This document shows positions 1 to 13,000 of a DNA stretch of 64,000 nt, piece after piece (the first letter of the stretch is position 1; the number at the start of each line of letters is the position of its first letter). The position numbers and the translations under genes are program-made. Source of the DNA: Chlorokybus atmophyticus (Eukaryota > Plantae > Mesostigma and Chlorokybus algae); NCBI GenBank assembly GCA_009103225.1, contig RHPI01000026.1, positions 192,936 through 256,935 of the forward strand, written 5' to 3'. The notes beneath the pieces are model-generated. The model did not search any database. It saw only the letters and a program-made list of their open reading frames with translations, and was not told the origin of the DNA.

Positions 1-2133
1 TCAACTGCTAGAGGCAACCATCGCGGAATACGTCGTTGCTCTCAACCCAATAGAAGGCCGAGCTCAGGTCAAACACGTTCACGCACTCGCACGCGCGCTC
101 ATACACATGCCCACCCATGCATCCGCATGCGCACACACTGTGCAACCGTGCATGCACGCTTCAGACTGATATGCAACTCGTGTGGCAGATTGCCAAGAGG
201 TACAGCGGGCCGGGCCCGTATATGGTGTCCATTGACGACTGTTGCCGGACACGCGACTCAATCAACGCCGGGAGCAGCGACTACCTCGTGCAGATCGTAA
301 TCAATATGAGCAACAACAGCACCGGTGGCGTGGTCTCCTCCCTGCCGCCCATCATCCAGGTGGCCGGCCCCGGGCAGGACAACACCATCCAGCTCCCGGT
401 TCTGGACCCAGACCTGGACTCGTTTACGTGCCGGCGTGCCACAAAAGTCGAGTGGCTCATACCTGCCATCCCGAGCGCGATAGACACGCTCACAGCAAAC
501 CCTCATGTGCGCTCACGTGGCGCACACACCAAACTTCCTGGGGGGACATGTACACCGTGCAGGTGATAATCGTGGAGCGCCACGCCGGCAACGACCCCGC
601 CATCCACGCATTGGACTTCACTGTGCAGATTGTTTCTGCTGCTGCGCAGCTACCCGCATGCAACTTCAACGACCCGCTCCCCCTGCAGTGCACGCTTGAA
701 GCCACGGGAGTCCAGTGCAACGTCCCGGTGGCTGATGTCCTCACCCTCGGCATGACCGTCAAGGCCGACGCATAAATTACTCCTCTCTACTACTCTCTCA
801 CGCCTTCCCCGGACGGCGCCTTCGACATCGCCCCCCCCGCGGGTGTTGCGGTGACTTCACCACTCCATACCACGGCCATATTCACCCCCTCAGCCACCGA
901 TAGAGGGCGTGTACTCACCGTGCAGGAGACCTTGCAGCGCGGCTCGGGGCCTAGTGATTTTGGTCCCGCCTGCACCGTCTCCTTCACAGTCATTGTCCAA
1001 GGTGTGCACGTGTGTGGACACGTGTCGTGCTTAGCACAAGTTGTGTGTTGTGTCTTTTCGTGCTGTGTCTGGACGTCTTAACATCCTTTGTGCAGAGTTC
1101 TGTTTCGGCAAGCCAGATGGGACGCCTTGCCAGCAGCGCCCGGATGGCGTGTGTCGCGCCGGAGTTTGTGGGGTGCGTTTGTAGTCACCAGCAGTGTTGT
1201 CATGTCTAGCACTGGTGAGGCTGCAATTGACTCGTGCCTGTCCTTGTGCTCACTCAGCCACCGCCGCCATCACCACCCCCACCGCCATCACCGCCCCCGC
1301 CCCAACCTCCACCGTCATCACCCCACCCATCACCCCCCCCGCCACCACCCCCNCTCCCCCGCCATCGCCATCGCCTCCCCCGCCGTCACCACCCGGTAAG
1401 TGGATGGTTTTGCAGCAATGTGTATGCATGCATGTGGGACTGCATGCCACTTCAAGGCTTGCCAGCGTGAACTAACTCTTTGACTGTGTGCAAACAGTAT
1501 GCATGCTCAAACCTTGCGGCCCCTATGGCCGTTGCCAGCCTGTGACTGACGGCTATCGCTGCATCTGCCAACACGGGTTTTACGAACAGGTGCGTTGACT
1601 TTGCCGTTCCCGTCAATGTGGATGCTGCCATACGTGCGTGCGTGTGTACACATACATAGCGCGGGCGTGAGTGCATGTATGCGTGAGTGCCTGCCCGCAT
1701 CTTGGTCTCATTTCTTGGGCCGCTACTTTTACAGAAGCGTCTCGACGGCACCAAGGTGTGCGAGTCCTTCTGCTCCAAGCCGGTGTCCATAGGGCTGTGG
1801 AAGACTCCCCCGCTGCACCGCAATAAGCGGATCAACCGCGTCCCCGACGCCTACACCTGCTGCCACAAGTGCAAGACCAACCTCGCCTGCAAGTACTGGG
1901 CATACAACACCGGTGACGGTCGCCACAATAACGTGTGTATCATGTATCGGATGCAACAGCACACACGCAGCACGCGTATGCACGCACATAAGCATGTATG
2001 CGTGTGTTACATCTACTGCTGACTGCAGGTGTGCAAGCTCTTTGGTTGGGGCAATGATGCCAACACGTGTTATGGCAACGCTCAGCTACACACCAGCAAC
2101 AACGCATGGGTCGCTGGCAAGCTGTGCAACTAG
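1..2133 (+). CDS. 5'-truncated multi-exon adhesin-like mosaic protein (Sib-like 'CCR' beta-domain, Pro/Ser-rich linker, EGF-like, PAN/apple); carries an in-frame TAA, so possibly a pseudogene or a consensus error
   Basis: Spliced exons give DDCCRTRDSINAGSS...VVSSLPPIIQV...QLPVLDPDLDSFTCRRAT, a PPPPSPPPP exon (~1258-1395), CMLKPCGPYGRCQPVTDGYRCICQHGF (EGF-like) and CCHKCKTNLACKYWAYN...VCKLFGW...NAWVAGKLCN-TAG (2131-2133). GT-AG introns; in-frame TAA at 773-775. Confidence 0.6.
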
Positions 2134-4994
2134 CAATACACCCACTCTGTCCAACCGACCTCTGTGCAAGCTGCAACTAGCGGATACACGCTTGGCAGCT
2201 GATGGAAGAATGTGTATTGCAGTAATATCTAACGCAATCAGCTTAGATTATGCGTGTAGCTCGGCTATGATGGGTGATGAGCCGGAAGCTTGTGAGTGGA
2301 ATATAGAAATGTGTGATGACATTTGCAAAGTGGCTTTGGGATGCTTGCATGCACGGTGTGTTAATTGGTTTTGTATAAACAGCAGTCGCAACACCAGTCG
2401 CTGAAGCAGAGGCTGCTGACAACACATCAGCCATGTATTTACGCAAGCGGCTGTAAGCACATGCATGCAGTGACACACTCGGCAATGATCGACCTCACGG
2501 TGTGTGCATGTACTGTTGGCACCCACTGTCAGTTGTTACATGTACTACTCCGCAAGGACAGCAGAAAAAACTTGCCATCTTTGTAGCTCGCAGGTGTGGT
2601 CTTGCTGGTTGTATTGTGCTGCTACCTCTCTCCTTGATCATCTGCGTATCTTGTAACAGTACAGTGCTGTAGCACATGTGATCACTGATAACAACACGGC
2701 TCAATACCGTATATCAGAGTCTGTTGACTCCGCGAGCTAGTGCCAACATTGTTATTGCGGTAGTTCTGAAAACCACAAGATAGCAAGATGCGGCAGTGTG
2801 CCGCCATCTAATGTTGACACACTGCCCTCCCTGCCCATCCCAGGGCGCAATGTGAGCCATGACCAGCAATAACACAACAGTAACCACACTACCATGCAGC
2901 ATATCAGAAGTTGCTTGAGAATCTGTCACGCCCGCCGCTGTCCTTTGCAGTGTGGATGGACTGTCGCACCGCCCTGTCCAGCATTGCCATCAACACCTCT
3001 TGCGTACGCTTGCCTCGGCATCGCGTACGAAGACTTGCGCCTTCTGTAGATACACACCCAGATGTTACGCAATACGAGTGTGGTATGTGTGGTACACAAA
3101 AGGCAAAACACGTGTTGTTGCCCAGCTCACCCGTGATCAAGTCCGGGTGGCTGCTGTTGGGAGGGGCCAGGTGGGTCAACCGGCAGCGCTAGCTGCTGCT
3201 GTTGTAGTTGCTGTTGCTGCTGCTGCTGTTGCTGCAACTGCTGCGCGATGCCCCATATGTTTGCGAGCTCGCTCAACCACAAGCGAGGGCCGCGTGGCCA
3301 TCAGCTGCCGCTGCTGGATCTGGTGCGGCGGCTGCGAGTGCTCGGGGCTCGTGGCCACACGCAACGAGATGGACTTGCGTCTTGCCAACATCTGAGAGCC
3401 CTGCGCAGCTATGCGCAATGGGGCGTGAGTCCACATGAAGCTCCGAGCGCCAACATCTCACTCACCCCGGCATGTGGCGGGGATGTGGGGTCCTTTGGCG
3501 ACGAGGGATCCTGCTGCAGTGGCATGATGCTGCCTTGAGGTGCAACCAGTACTAGTGCTTGCAGTGACAATATTGAAAGCTGCCCGTGCCTGGGGCGGTG
3601 CCCATATGGCGGGCGCTCGGAAACGCCATCAACTAATGCACAGGAAGAGCAACGGAACCTCGTGTACGCACTCCTCCCTGTCCCGTCGGCGATAGAGGCG
3701 TTTTGGGACATAGCATATCAGCATGCCACCGCCGGAGACGTGCTGCTCCTGCAAAGACACATGGTCGGGGCCTCCGTTCATATTCGTGCTTTGCATCGGC
3801 GGGGAGACCAGGCCAACGATTATAGTGTCTAGGTGGGACCTTCTTCGTGACTGGAGCTGCGCCATCATGCTCATGGGAAGCTGTCAGCACTTGAGGGCTG
3901 ACCATTCCTATTGACGGTCATCGGCAAAACCTATGGCAGGGCGAGTTGTGCGACTCCGAGCCACTGCTCGTACTGCACCTGAGGGAGAGGTACAACAGGT
4001 TAAAAGCACAGTCATTGTCATGCAAAGGTGGGTAGAGACAAAGTGCACGTACCGATGGGGACAATTCCATCTCGCGCAGACATCGGCAGCATCGTTGAAG
4101 GCATGTCCAGCTGGTGCGGCTGTGGTTGTGAGAGAGCCGCCTCGGTGTCACTCGGTGTTTCCGCCATTGATGCTGGCGTCAATGTGACCGTCACCGTTGG
4201 CCTTTAACCAGCTGCCTTTGCCGGTGCCGGGGACGATGATGCTGCTGTTCCTGCTGCTGACTCGGGGCTTTCTTTTGCGCTGGTGGTTCTTCTCGGGGGG
4301 GCATGATCATCATGGCGGCCACTGCACACAGGCTGCAGTGGCGGCATACTTGTAGCTGCGGCACTTGTGCGAGTGACTCCCCACAGGGAAAGACAGCAAC
4401 ATCGCCCGCTGTCGCGAGCGCCCGGCTCTGCTCACAGCAGCCAACTTGCGTGTCTTGCTGATCACGCCAGTCGCGGTGCCGCTCTGCTGTTGCTCGTCAA
4501 AGCGATCCCCCTGCGTGTACCCGCTTGAGTGTTGAGTCACGAACAAGGGTCACACAAGCACACGTGCACTCACCTCCTTGCTCGAATTATTGGATGGCAC
4601 GCGCATCAAGTACTCTCGTGTTGGGGTACCACTGGCAGTACCGGCGGCCGGTGATGCAAACGTGGTCCAGCATGGCGGAGATGAAGGCGCAGGGCCGCAT
4701 GACGGGGGCGTTCCTTGCGAGGATTCATTACCTCTCACGTGGCCTTTCAGTTCTCCACCGACATCACTGCCAAGCAAGAGGTTCACAAGACAGTTTGTCA
4801 AGTAACTCGAGTATGGTGGCACCGCCGTTGACGCCACCGGCTACAACGGCGGGCCCAACGAGGGCGATGAGCAGCAACACATAGAGCATGTTCAAGCCGC
4901 TAGGGATGACGCCGCCTCAGCCTCCCTGCATCCGAACGCACTGGAGATAGAATTCCTCAAAGATACACGGTACATTCCTGTGGACTTGTCTAAC

Positions 4995-5044
4995 TCTATT
5001 GCACAAACGTGCGCTGTTCTATTGCACAAACGTGCGCTGTTCTA
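4995..5044. repeat. 23-bp tandem repeat, about 2.2 copies
   Basis: TCTATTGCACAAACGTGCGCTGT repeated exactly at 4995-5017 and 5018-5040, then TCTA. Confidence 0.9.
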
Positions 5045-6050
5045 ACGCTGCGGGCTGCAGTATCCTTTACATTAACCCCTGGTCCTGCCCTTGGAACGGC
5101 AACATGCAGCAGCGGTCGTGTCATCACGCACACATTTCATGTCCAGCCAGCGCTCCGATGTGACACACTCTCCACAGCGTTCCCCCATAGGTGTGCATTG
5201 CACATGCGATTAGTGGATGTGGGCTTGCTGTTGTGTGCTGGTAGGCTGTTTGGCTAATGACCTGCACTTGCTTACCTCCGTTGCCAGACATGGGAACACC
5301 TGAGACTGGCAGCGATGGAGCTCATTGGATAAGAGAGTACAGCACTGCCAGTTCAGTGAAGGTTTCACATACATCTTCGCGCATTGACTTGAACATTACA
5401 TTTCAAGCACATAGTGAGCACAAAAACACATCAAGCACGCACAGCCGTCAGGCTGCAGGCCTGACACATCCTCGTACACCGACGCTGATCACCAAAGGCC
5501 TGCGTTTACACACCCCAAACTGCACCCTAGAACACGTAGGCAGTCATGCGTAGGGAGCATGACACCAAGTTTCGTAAACATTCAAACTCGCACCACACCT
5601 ATACACGAGCCCACACAACCACATACGAGCACACCTCATCACCACACGCAGTCCACATCCATTTTATATGCAGGTGAGCCTGTGCGCACGTGCATGTTTG
5701 TCAAGCATGTACACGCACACAGGTGCACGCATGCATACACGCGCTTGTGCATGCTCGCACAACTTGCAACGCCACACCGGCTGCAGGACTCTCACAGCAC
5801 TTGACCAACCTACAACGCACACCACACCACGAACCACCCTGCATCCCTGCCCACCTGGCCTGCATCCCTGCCCCTGCTGTTATCTCGACTGTTATCTCAA
5901 CCGCCCTGTGCCTGCACGTCAGGCTGATCCTGCCCCAACGTATGATGACTACTCTCTTGCCGCAAACAAACGCCTTTACCTTGAGTCATTGCCGCTGTCA
6001 TGTAGAGTCTGCTGTACAGTACAACAGGTGCAACCACCACGCGCGCTTCT

Positions 6051-6143
6051 GTACACTCCTGCCTCTCACCACCTGCGCCGCTTCCATCTCCGCACCTTGT
6101 GCGGAGATGGAAGCGGCGCAGGTGGTGAGAGGCAGGAGTGTAC
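6051..6143. repeat. Perfect inverted repeat, 45-bp arms with a 3-nt loop
   Basis: 6051-6095 is the exact reverse complement of 6099-6143; loop CTT. Confidence 0.95.
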
Positions 6144-6755
6144 GGCAAAGAACCTATCAGGTTGCTGAATACATTGAAGCTCCTCAGTAACATGCTGAAG
6201 AGCCGTTTCACCTGTACTAGCATTGCGCGGCATGGGGGTGTTGACAAAGTGTTGCAGTACTGGTATTGCAACACTTTGGTCAGCTGCCCCAAGTCCGAAG
6301 CTAAGGTGCAGCTGGGTGGTGTCAAGGAAGACAAGGGAATGGCATCCTGCGGAATGCCTCTAATGTTGGTCTCGGCAGCTAACCTCCACACAACTCCTGC
6401 CACCTGTGGTTTTCTTGACACTTTCTTAGCACTCTCTCCTTACGTGTAAGCATGCCTGTTCAAAATACGAACGGTTCCCTCCCCTGTCCAACAGGCATGC
6501 ATGCGTGCACGCGTGCGTGCGCATGTGCATGTTATTCAAAACATATCGGTTGGTGACAAAGACAGACCACACCGTTTTGTAGCCTGTACTCATTGCACCG
6601 TGAGTCACTGAATTTCCATTCATGCATCTGGTCAGCCGCATGGCACATACCGTGACAACACTACGAGGTTGACCGGTACACCATGAAAGACACTTTTGCG
6701 CAGGCTGTAATGCCATACCCACAGACCGGTGCGCGCACTGAGGTAATATGCCATA

Positions 6756-9732
6756 TTAATCTGCATCAAATGCGCCTAGCTCTTTCATATTTTCAAGAAA
6801 ATCCTGATACTTGGTGTCGAGCTCGCCGGCACCACCAGCAACGGCACCAGCTGGTTTAGCCAGAGCAGCAGCTCGTGGCATTAAAGGCGCAACTCGCAGC
6901 TTTGGCTTCAATGGCTTAACCACCGCATCCGCATCCCGTCGCACCCGAACAGAAGCCGGCACCTGACAATCAGCAACACTGTTTGTGTAATGCACGTAAC
7001 ACACGTACAAATCCACACACACGCACAGACGCACACGCAAAAGAGTAATGTACGTACGACATGATTGTCCCTCTATGTCAAAGGAAAAACCCACCATGGC
7101 TGTGAGTGTGGGGTCCTTCTGTGCGCGAGGCAGCTTCACCACAGTTGGGGCTGCTTGTTTTACGTAGGACGCCTTGTCCCGAGCAGGAGCAGCATGTGCT
7201 GAGGCGGCTGCTGGAGGAGGTGGGCCGGGTGGAGGCCCAGGTGGAGGAGGCATCAACGGGGGTGGTCCAGGCGGGGCACCATTGGGTTGGCTTTGATAAG
7301 CTCCTGGTCGAGAGGGCGGACCGGGAGGATACATCCCAGGCGGCGGACCAGGCGGCGGTCCCATTGGGCGTTGTAATGATGGCGGGGGCCCTGATGGTGG
7401 ACCGGGCAGCGGGCCAGCAGAGGATGCGCCAGCGGGGGCTCCAGGTGGGGGGCCAGGTAGGCCAGGTGGACCTGGAGGGCCAGGCGGGCCTGGTGGGCCA
7501 GGCGGGCCTGCGAGTGAGCGCGGGGGAGGAGGTGGAGGAAGATGATGACCTGGTGGCGCGTACATGTGCTGTGGCGGCGGCAGATGTGGCTGGAAACAAC
7601 ATGGGAACAATTAGCAACACGACTGAGGCTCCCAGCGACGTTATATCTGACACCGAGGACAGGCTTACTGGTAAGACAAATTGTCCCATGTGCAAGGCGC
7701 CAGGTGGTGGAAGGCCGGGTGGAGGAAGCAAACCAGGCCTTGGAGGTGGTCCAGGTGGTCCTGCTGGAGGACCTCTATTCATCACCTGCGATGCATGCAA
7801 AACACGGTCTCAGCGCAACTGGCATGCGTTACTACACATTACACAGCAACTCCACACTATGCGCCCAGCTTACCATGTTAGATGTGCCAGGTGGTGCCTC
7901 ATCATCATGTTGTACATCTTCATCTTCATCTTCATCAGAAGAGTACTCGTCGGAGTCGTCTAGAGAAAGAAATCCCACAGTTGGATCTCCAGCACCATCA
8001 TGGCAGCTGCTCACCATACACGCATGCACACAGCCAGTCACTCACCATCTGCGCCAGAGGGTCCGGGAGGCATCGGCGGCAGAGGTGGCGGCGGAGGGAC
8101 GGGAAGCTCATGCCCGGGAGAGCCGGGCATAGGTGGTGGTGGAGGCGGCGGGGGCACAGGCAGCCCGGAGGGACCTTCTTCATCAGACTCTTCACCTTCG
8201 TCACTTGATGACTCCTTGGAACCGAAGATGGAGGCAGTCACTGTACAATGAGACGGATAGTTAGCAAACCGGGTGCCTTGTGACATCATGTGAAGGCAGG
8301 TGACAGGTACAACGTATGGATGCCCTGTGCTGTCCTGCACTTGCATCAAGCCATGTATGCCACCTGCAAAGAGGCAATGCAACTTACATTGCGAGCGGTA
8401 TATCTGCGGTTTGCCAGGTGGAGGTCTGCCTTCTGGATTGGTCAGTGGATGGTAGTAAACCGAGTCTTCAGGCTTGGGAGGAGTGGCAGTTGTAGCTCCT
8501 GGTCGCTTGGGCAAAGGAGCTGTGAGATGGCTGCGAGTACCACATTGCAATGCACAATAGATCAGCTATGCCCTCTGCCCTCTGTAAGAATTGCATGTGA
8601 AACAACGAGCAGAGAGAAAAAGCCAAAGGTGAGGGCACACCTGAACATTGGCGCATTGTCCCCACCCTCTTTGGCAAGTTCCTGCACACAGGAACACCTG
8701 ATGTCAGTGTCATTAACAAGCTGTGCAAAGCGCATGACAATGACACACGTACCCTTCGCTTTTTGAGTACAAGGTTAAGTTTGTCTTCCAACTGGCGCTT
8801 CTTGTGCTTGCGGGCCTTGTCGAGTGCCCCGTCCGCCTCTGTTGCAAGAACCCATGCGTGTGAACACTTGCGCTGATGCACAACGAATGCAAGCAATCGA
8901 CGCTGCCCACATACCAATCTTTCCAAGCTTATTGATCTCCTCCCTGAGCTGGTCGGGATCCTTGCGCAGAATGACTGTCTCCCTCACCTTCTTTCGTTCC
9001 TTTTTGTTCTATAAGGCATATGCCAAAACACCAGTTCAGTGGCTGAAACCGGGAGTGAGAGTAGGTGGTGTACTTGTGAGCAATGCAGCAATGCAACCCT
9101 TTCACGCTGCATAATCTGTGCATATATACACCTACCAGTATCAACAACCAGCAAACACGGCACACAGCAGGTCACAATCCATTACACATATATGATCGGT
9201 AGAGGAGTGCTGTGTTGCACTGCCCCGCATGTCTGATCACCACACAAACACAGCATGAGCTTATGTAAATGCACAGCTGACATCTATGGTTTTCCACGTC
9301 GATTGAAACACATACACAACCTCCGCATGTAACGACACGGACAGAAGCCTGCAAAACGCAGGGCTCTAGAAAGCCAAGACACGCGCTCGACTGCAGCAAC
9401 AAACTGGCACACAGGCAAATGTACAACAAGTTTGAAAATGTACAAGACCAGAGTCATGCACACACCAAGTTACAGAAGCGATGACCTGGAATTGTACATG
9501 TAGAAAAGAGAAGGTGTATCGATCGATGTGCATGCGCACTGTGCTGTCTGCAGTCGACACGGACAACCACTGCTGACATAGCGGAAATTCAAACCAACTC
9601 ATTCACCAGAAACCCCCCAAGAGAAACATACGGTACACAGTAGCAGGCACTTACCCTCTTGACCTCCTTCTTGCGCTGCTCCTTCCGGTGGGCATCCGTA
9701 GGGTTCATCAGCTTTCCGCCCTTGGTCTTCAT
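6756..9732 (-). CDS. WBP11: WW domain-binding protein 11 (splicing factor), multi-exon
   Basis: [37 protein letters not shown]-terminus, [21 protein letters not shown] motif, poly-Pro tracts, C-terminal [14 protein letters not shown]; ATG 9732, TAA 6756-6758. Confidence 0.92.
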
Positions 9733-10009
9733 TGCGAATTGCACACAAAGGACTGCGACAAATTTAATAAACCCCAAATCTATATATTACTCAATTTATC
9801 CACCAGGCCAGCGACATCAACCACCCCACCGCCGCCACCGCCGCCGCTGCCGCCTGTGCCAACCACAACAACGTGCCTCTCAAAGCCCTAGTTACGTAAC
9901 TGTTCCGTTGCGTCACCGACACAATTAGGCGAGCGTAATCGGAGCTGAAGCGTATTTTCAGGTGTGAAGCGTCATCTCCCAAACGAGACATCTGCCACGT
10001 GGCGCGAAG

Positions 10010-13000
10010 ATGGCGGCGGCGGAGGTGGGGAGGGTAGTGGAGGTGGACGGTATTGTTGGGAAGGAAGAGCAGATTCTGCATGGTGTTCACCTGCTGTACG
10101 GAGACAAGGTGGCTGAAGCGGAGGTGTACTTTGAAGCCAGACAAGGGTGAGCTGCTCACATGCTTGCTGCTCTGCGTGCAACAGCATGCAGCTGCGATCG
10201 AGTCACGAGTTTAGTTCTTCCGTGGTAGATTGTACATTTAAAGGTTTGAAGACTTGCAAATGTACACGCTCACGCTGTTTGTGACTAGTACCAGTTCAAT
10301 TGCACAGTGCATATCAAGCTGTCAAGTCTTTGCCTGTCAGCTGATATCACACAAAAGATCTCTTTGTCACAGTGTCAGTATCGTTTGTTTCCCAACTGCC
10401 ATCTGTTAGACCAAGTCAGAATCGTACATGTTGGCGCACAGTGGGGTGTTATGCATAAGTTGCAGCTGCTCTAGCGCTCGTCAAGACGAGCACCCGCACT
10501 CCTTCCCCCTGTGGTTCCGTTCCTCTCTAGGCAGGGTTGAAGTTGCTTGTACGAACAAAAGGAGACAGTTACGGGTGGAACGACAGCATTCAGGTCAGCA
10601 CTACGTTTGGTTGAGACAATGTGGACTCGTTGTCATGCAGGTTGGGAACTCCGTTTGCTCTGCACTATGCGGAGGTGGCGACATACAAGGCGTTGCTGTC
10701 GTGCGTAGACGACGATGTCGACAAAGCCATTGGGCTCCTGCGCGCGGCTGACGAGCGAGCTGCTTCTCAGGTATAGAGTATGCACTTGACTCTGAGGGAC
10801 ACACCTTAGAATATGCTGACACTTCACGCTGAAAGGCCAGTGCGAGTTCTTCTTCTACAGCGAGCCGCATTGTCTCCTACTTCAGAACCAGTAAGGACAG
10901 CGCAGCGGATGCTGAGGAAGCTGCCCTCTCCAAATTGGAGGCGCACTGCATACAGGCTGAGACCCATCTCATGGTTGGTCTGCTGATGCTTATCAAGGCC
11001 AGTGAGTCATGGACAAGCATCCCAAAGGTGCGTTGCGCGCTCGAGTTCACAAGCATACATACATACATGCACACATACACACGTACACATACACGCATAC
11101 ATGCGTACCGACAGACACACAGGCATACGCGCACGCGCACACGCGCACGTTTCGTGTTCAAACATTGTGTGCACTGCTAGGCCAGTTACAGCCTGCGGAA
11201 GGCATGGCTTTCGTACCAGAAGTGTTTGCAGTCGCTTGAACAGTTGCGCACACCGTCCAGGAGCAGAGAGATGGTTGCTGGAGCTGTGCACTTTGGAGTA
11301 AGCTGGCTTGCTTTGTATACTGCAGGTTGTATGCAAGTGGCACTCGCAATGTATTGGTGGTCTTGATGAGGCCGCTCGTAGCGGTTGCAGGCTTGACTGA
11401 CAGCATTGCACACGCGCGTGTGTGCCTCTTGTGCATATGGGAGTTTTGTTAGCAGTTCATTCTTACGGACAGTAATGTTCTTTTACAGGTTGGCCTGTTC
11501 AACATGTTGGTGTCCCTCATACCTCCCGGGCTGATTACATTTGCGGAGTTTCTCGGTTTCTCGGCGGATCGTGACAAGGGCCTCTCTCTGCTTCAGAAGT
11601 CTGCCAGCAGCAACTCGTCGCGCGCATTTGTGGCCGCCTTTATGCTAATGCAATGTTAGTGGAAGTTCAGCGCGTGCAAGGCTGCAAGTTGCCCATTGCG
11701 ATGAAAGGCATTACCTTATTTGCCTCTTGCCTTGCAGACCACACAGTCCTATCATCCTTTCTGCCGTTTGATCGCGCGCACTGCGCAGAGACAGAGCGGT
11801 TGCTGGCCTCCGTGCCAGCTGTCATGCAGCAGTCCTCCGTAGTTAAAGTAAGTTCTAGCTGTTGTTGAGGCAGACAGAGCAGTGGCCATCTCAAGTCCAC
11901 AGCTCACGGCCGCCTTCATGGCTAGCTTGGTCACAGAGTTAGTGCCATGCACATGCATACACAGATCTGGGGTTGCTGGCTTCCTCGGACTTGTGCATTT
12001 GCAGGTTATGGCGGTGCGGTTGGCTAGGTACAAGAGTCAACCAGACCAAGCACTTGCGCTAGCCAGGTACAGAACCTCATATGGTGGTGAATCAGATGCA
12101 CAGTCAAAAGTCGCTAGCGTTGATGGGGGATGTGCATGTCTGCAGGGTGGAGTCACCAGCTGAGCTGGTGGTGCCGCAGCTGAAGCACGTGCGCATATAC
12201 GAGCTGGCATGGTGTGCTTTGGCGAAGAAACGGTATGATGAAGCCGCACAGGCATGTGATGTACTCATCAAGGAAAGCTCGTGGTCAAAAGCCTTCTCCG
12301 CATATTTCAAGGTGAGCTTCTCATGAATAATAGATAAAATTAACATGTTAGGATGCGCTGTAAGTATGGTCAGGCAGAGTATTGTTTGCTGGCTTGTCAT
12401 GTCCTCTGGTTCTTCCAGGCGTGCTGTTTGTGGCAACTGGACAGCATTGGTGAAGCCAGGCGTGTTGCTGCCACGGTCAGTGGCCTGGTGAAAAGGGCAA
12501 AGGCTCCCATTGAGCACATTGCTGACAAGAGAGCCAAAGCCATGCTGAACTCCGTGCCTCTCTTCCCTGCACTGGAGGTAGACTTGGTTGGTTGCGGTCA
12601 CATATTCACTCTTGACATAACATCATTGGTACTCAGGCTTTACTTGTCGCAGCTTGCTTCTTTTTGGAACGTGTTTCAGCAGATGTCCCGCACCACGCTG
12701 CAAGAGCATGTTACAGACATCGGGGCCGCTCTCACTTCAAAGGGGGCTTCGATTCCGGGCCGCAAGGAGGAGTGGAGCGTCAACGATGAGATGTACTGTC
12801 GCTACCTGCGTGGCGTGTGCTTCCGCTGTTTGGATCAACCGCAAGAAGCGCTGCTAGATTTGCGCGCTGTTGTGGAGCACAAAGGGTCTGCCCTGGAGAA
12901 GTACCTTGTGCCCTGGGCCACATACGAGTACGGGTCTCTGCTCATGCAGGACCCGGCCACGGCCGAAGCAGGCAGGCAATTGCTGAAACAGGCAACCGCA

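Noticed and set aside
773-775. Ciliate-type genetic code (TAA/TAG = Gln), suggested by the in-frame TAA
   Set aside because: TAA ends WBP11 and PHR2, and TAG ends ABHD18, at positions matching homologue C-termini. No in-frame TAR codon was seen in the conserved exons I translated, such as prohibitin and NdhM.
5668-6449. Overlapping 100-174 aa ORFs around the hairpin
   Set aside because: No recognisable domain; the repeated peptide on both strands is just a by-product of the inverted repeat.
7078-8251. Long ORFs antisense to or frame-shifted within WBP11
   Set aside because: Shadow ORFs of GC-rich poly-Pro coding sequence.
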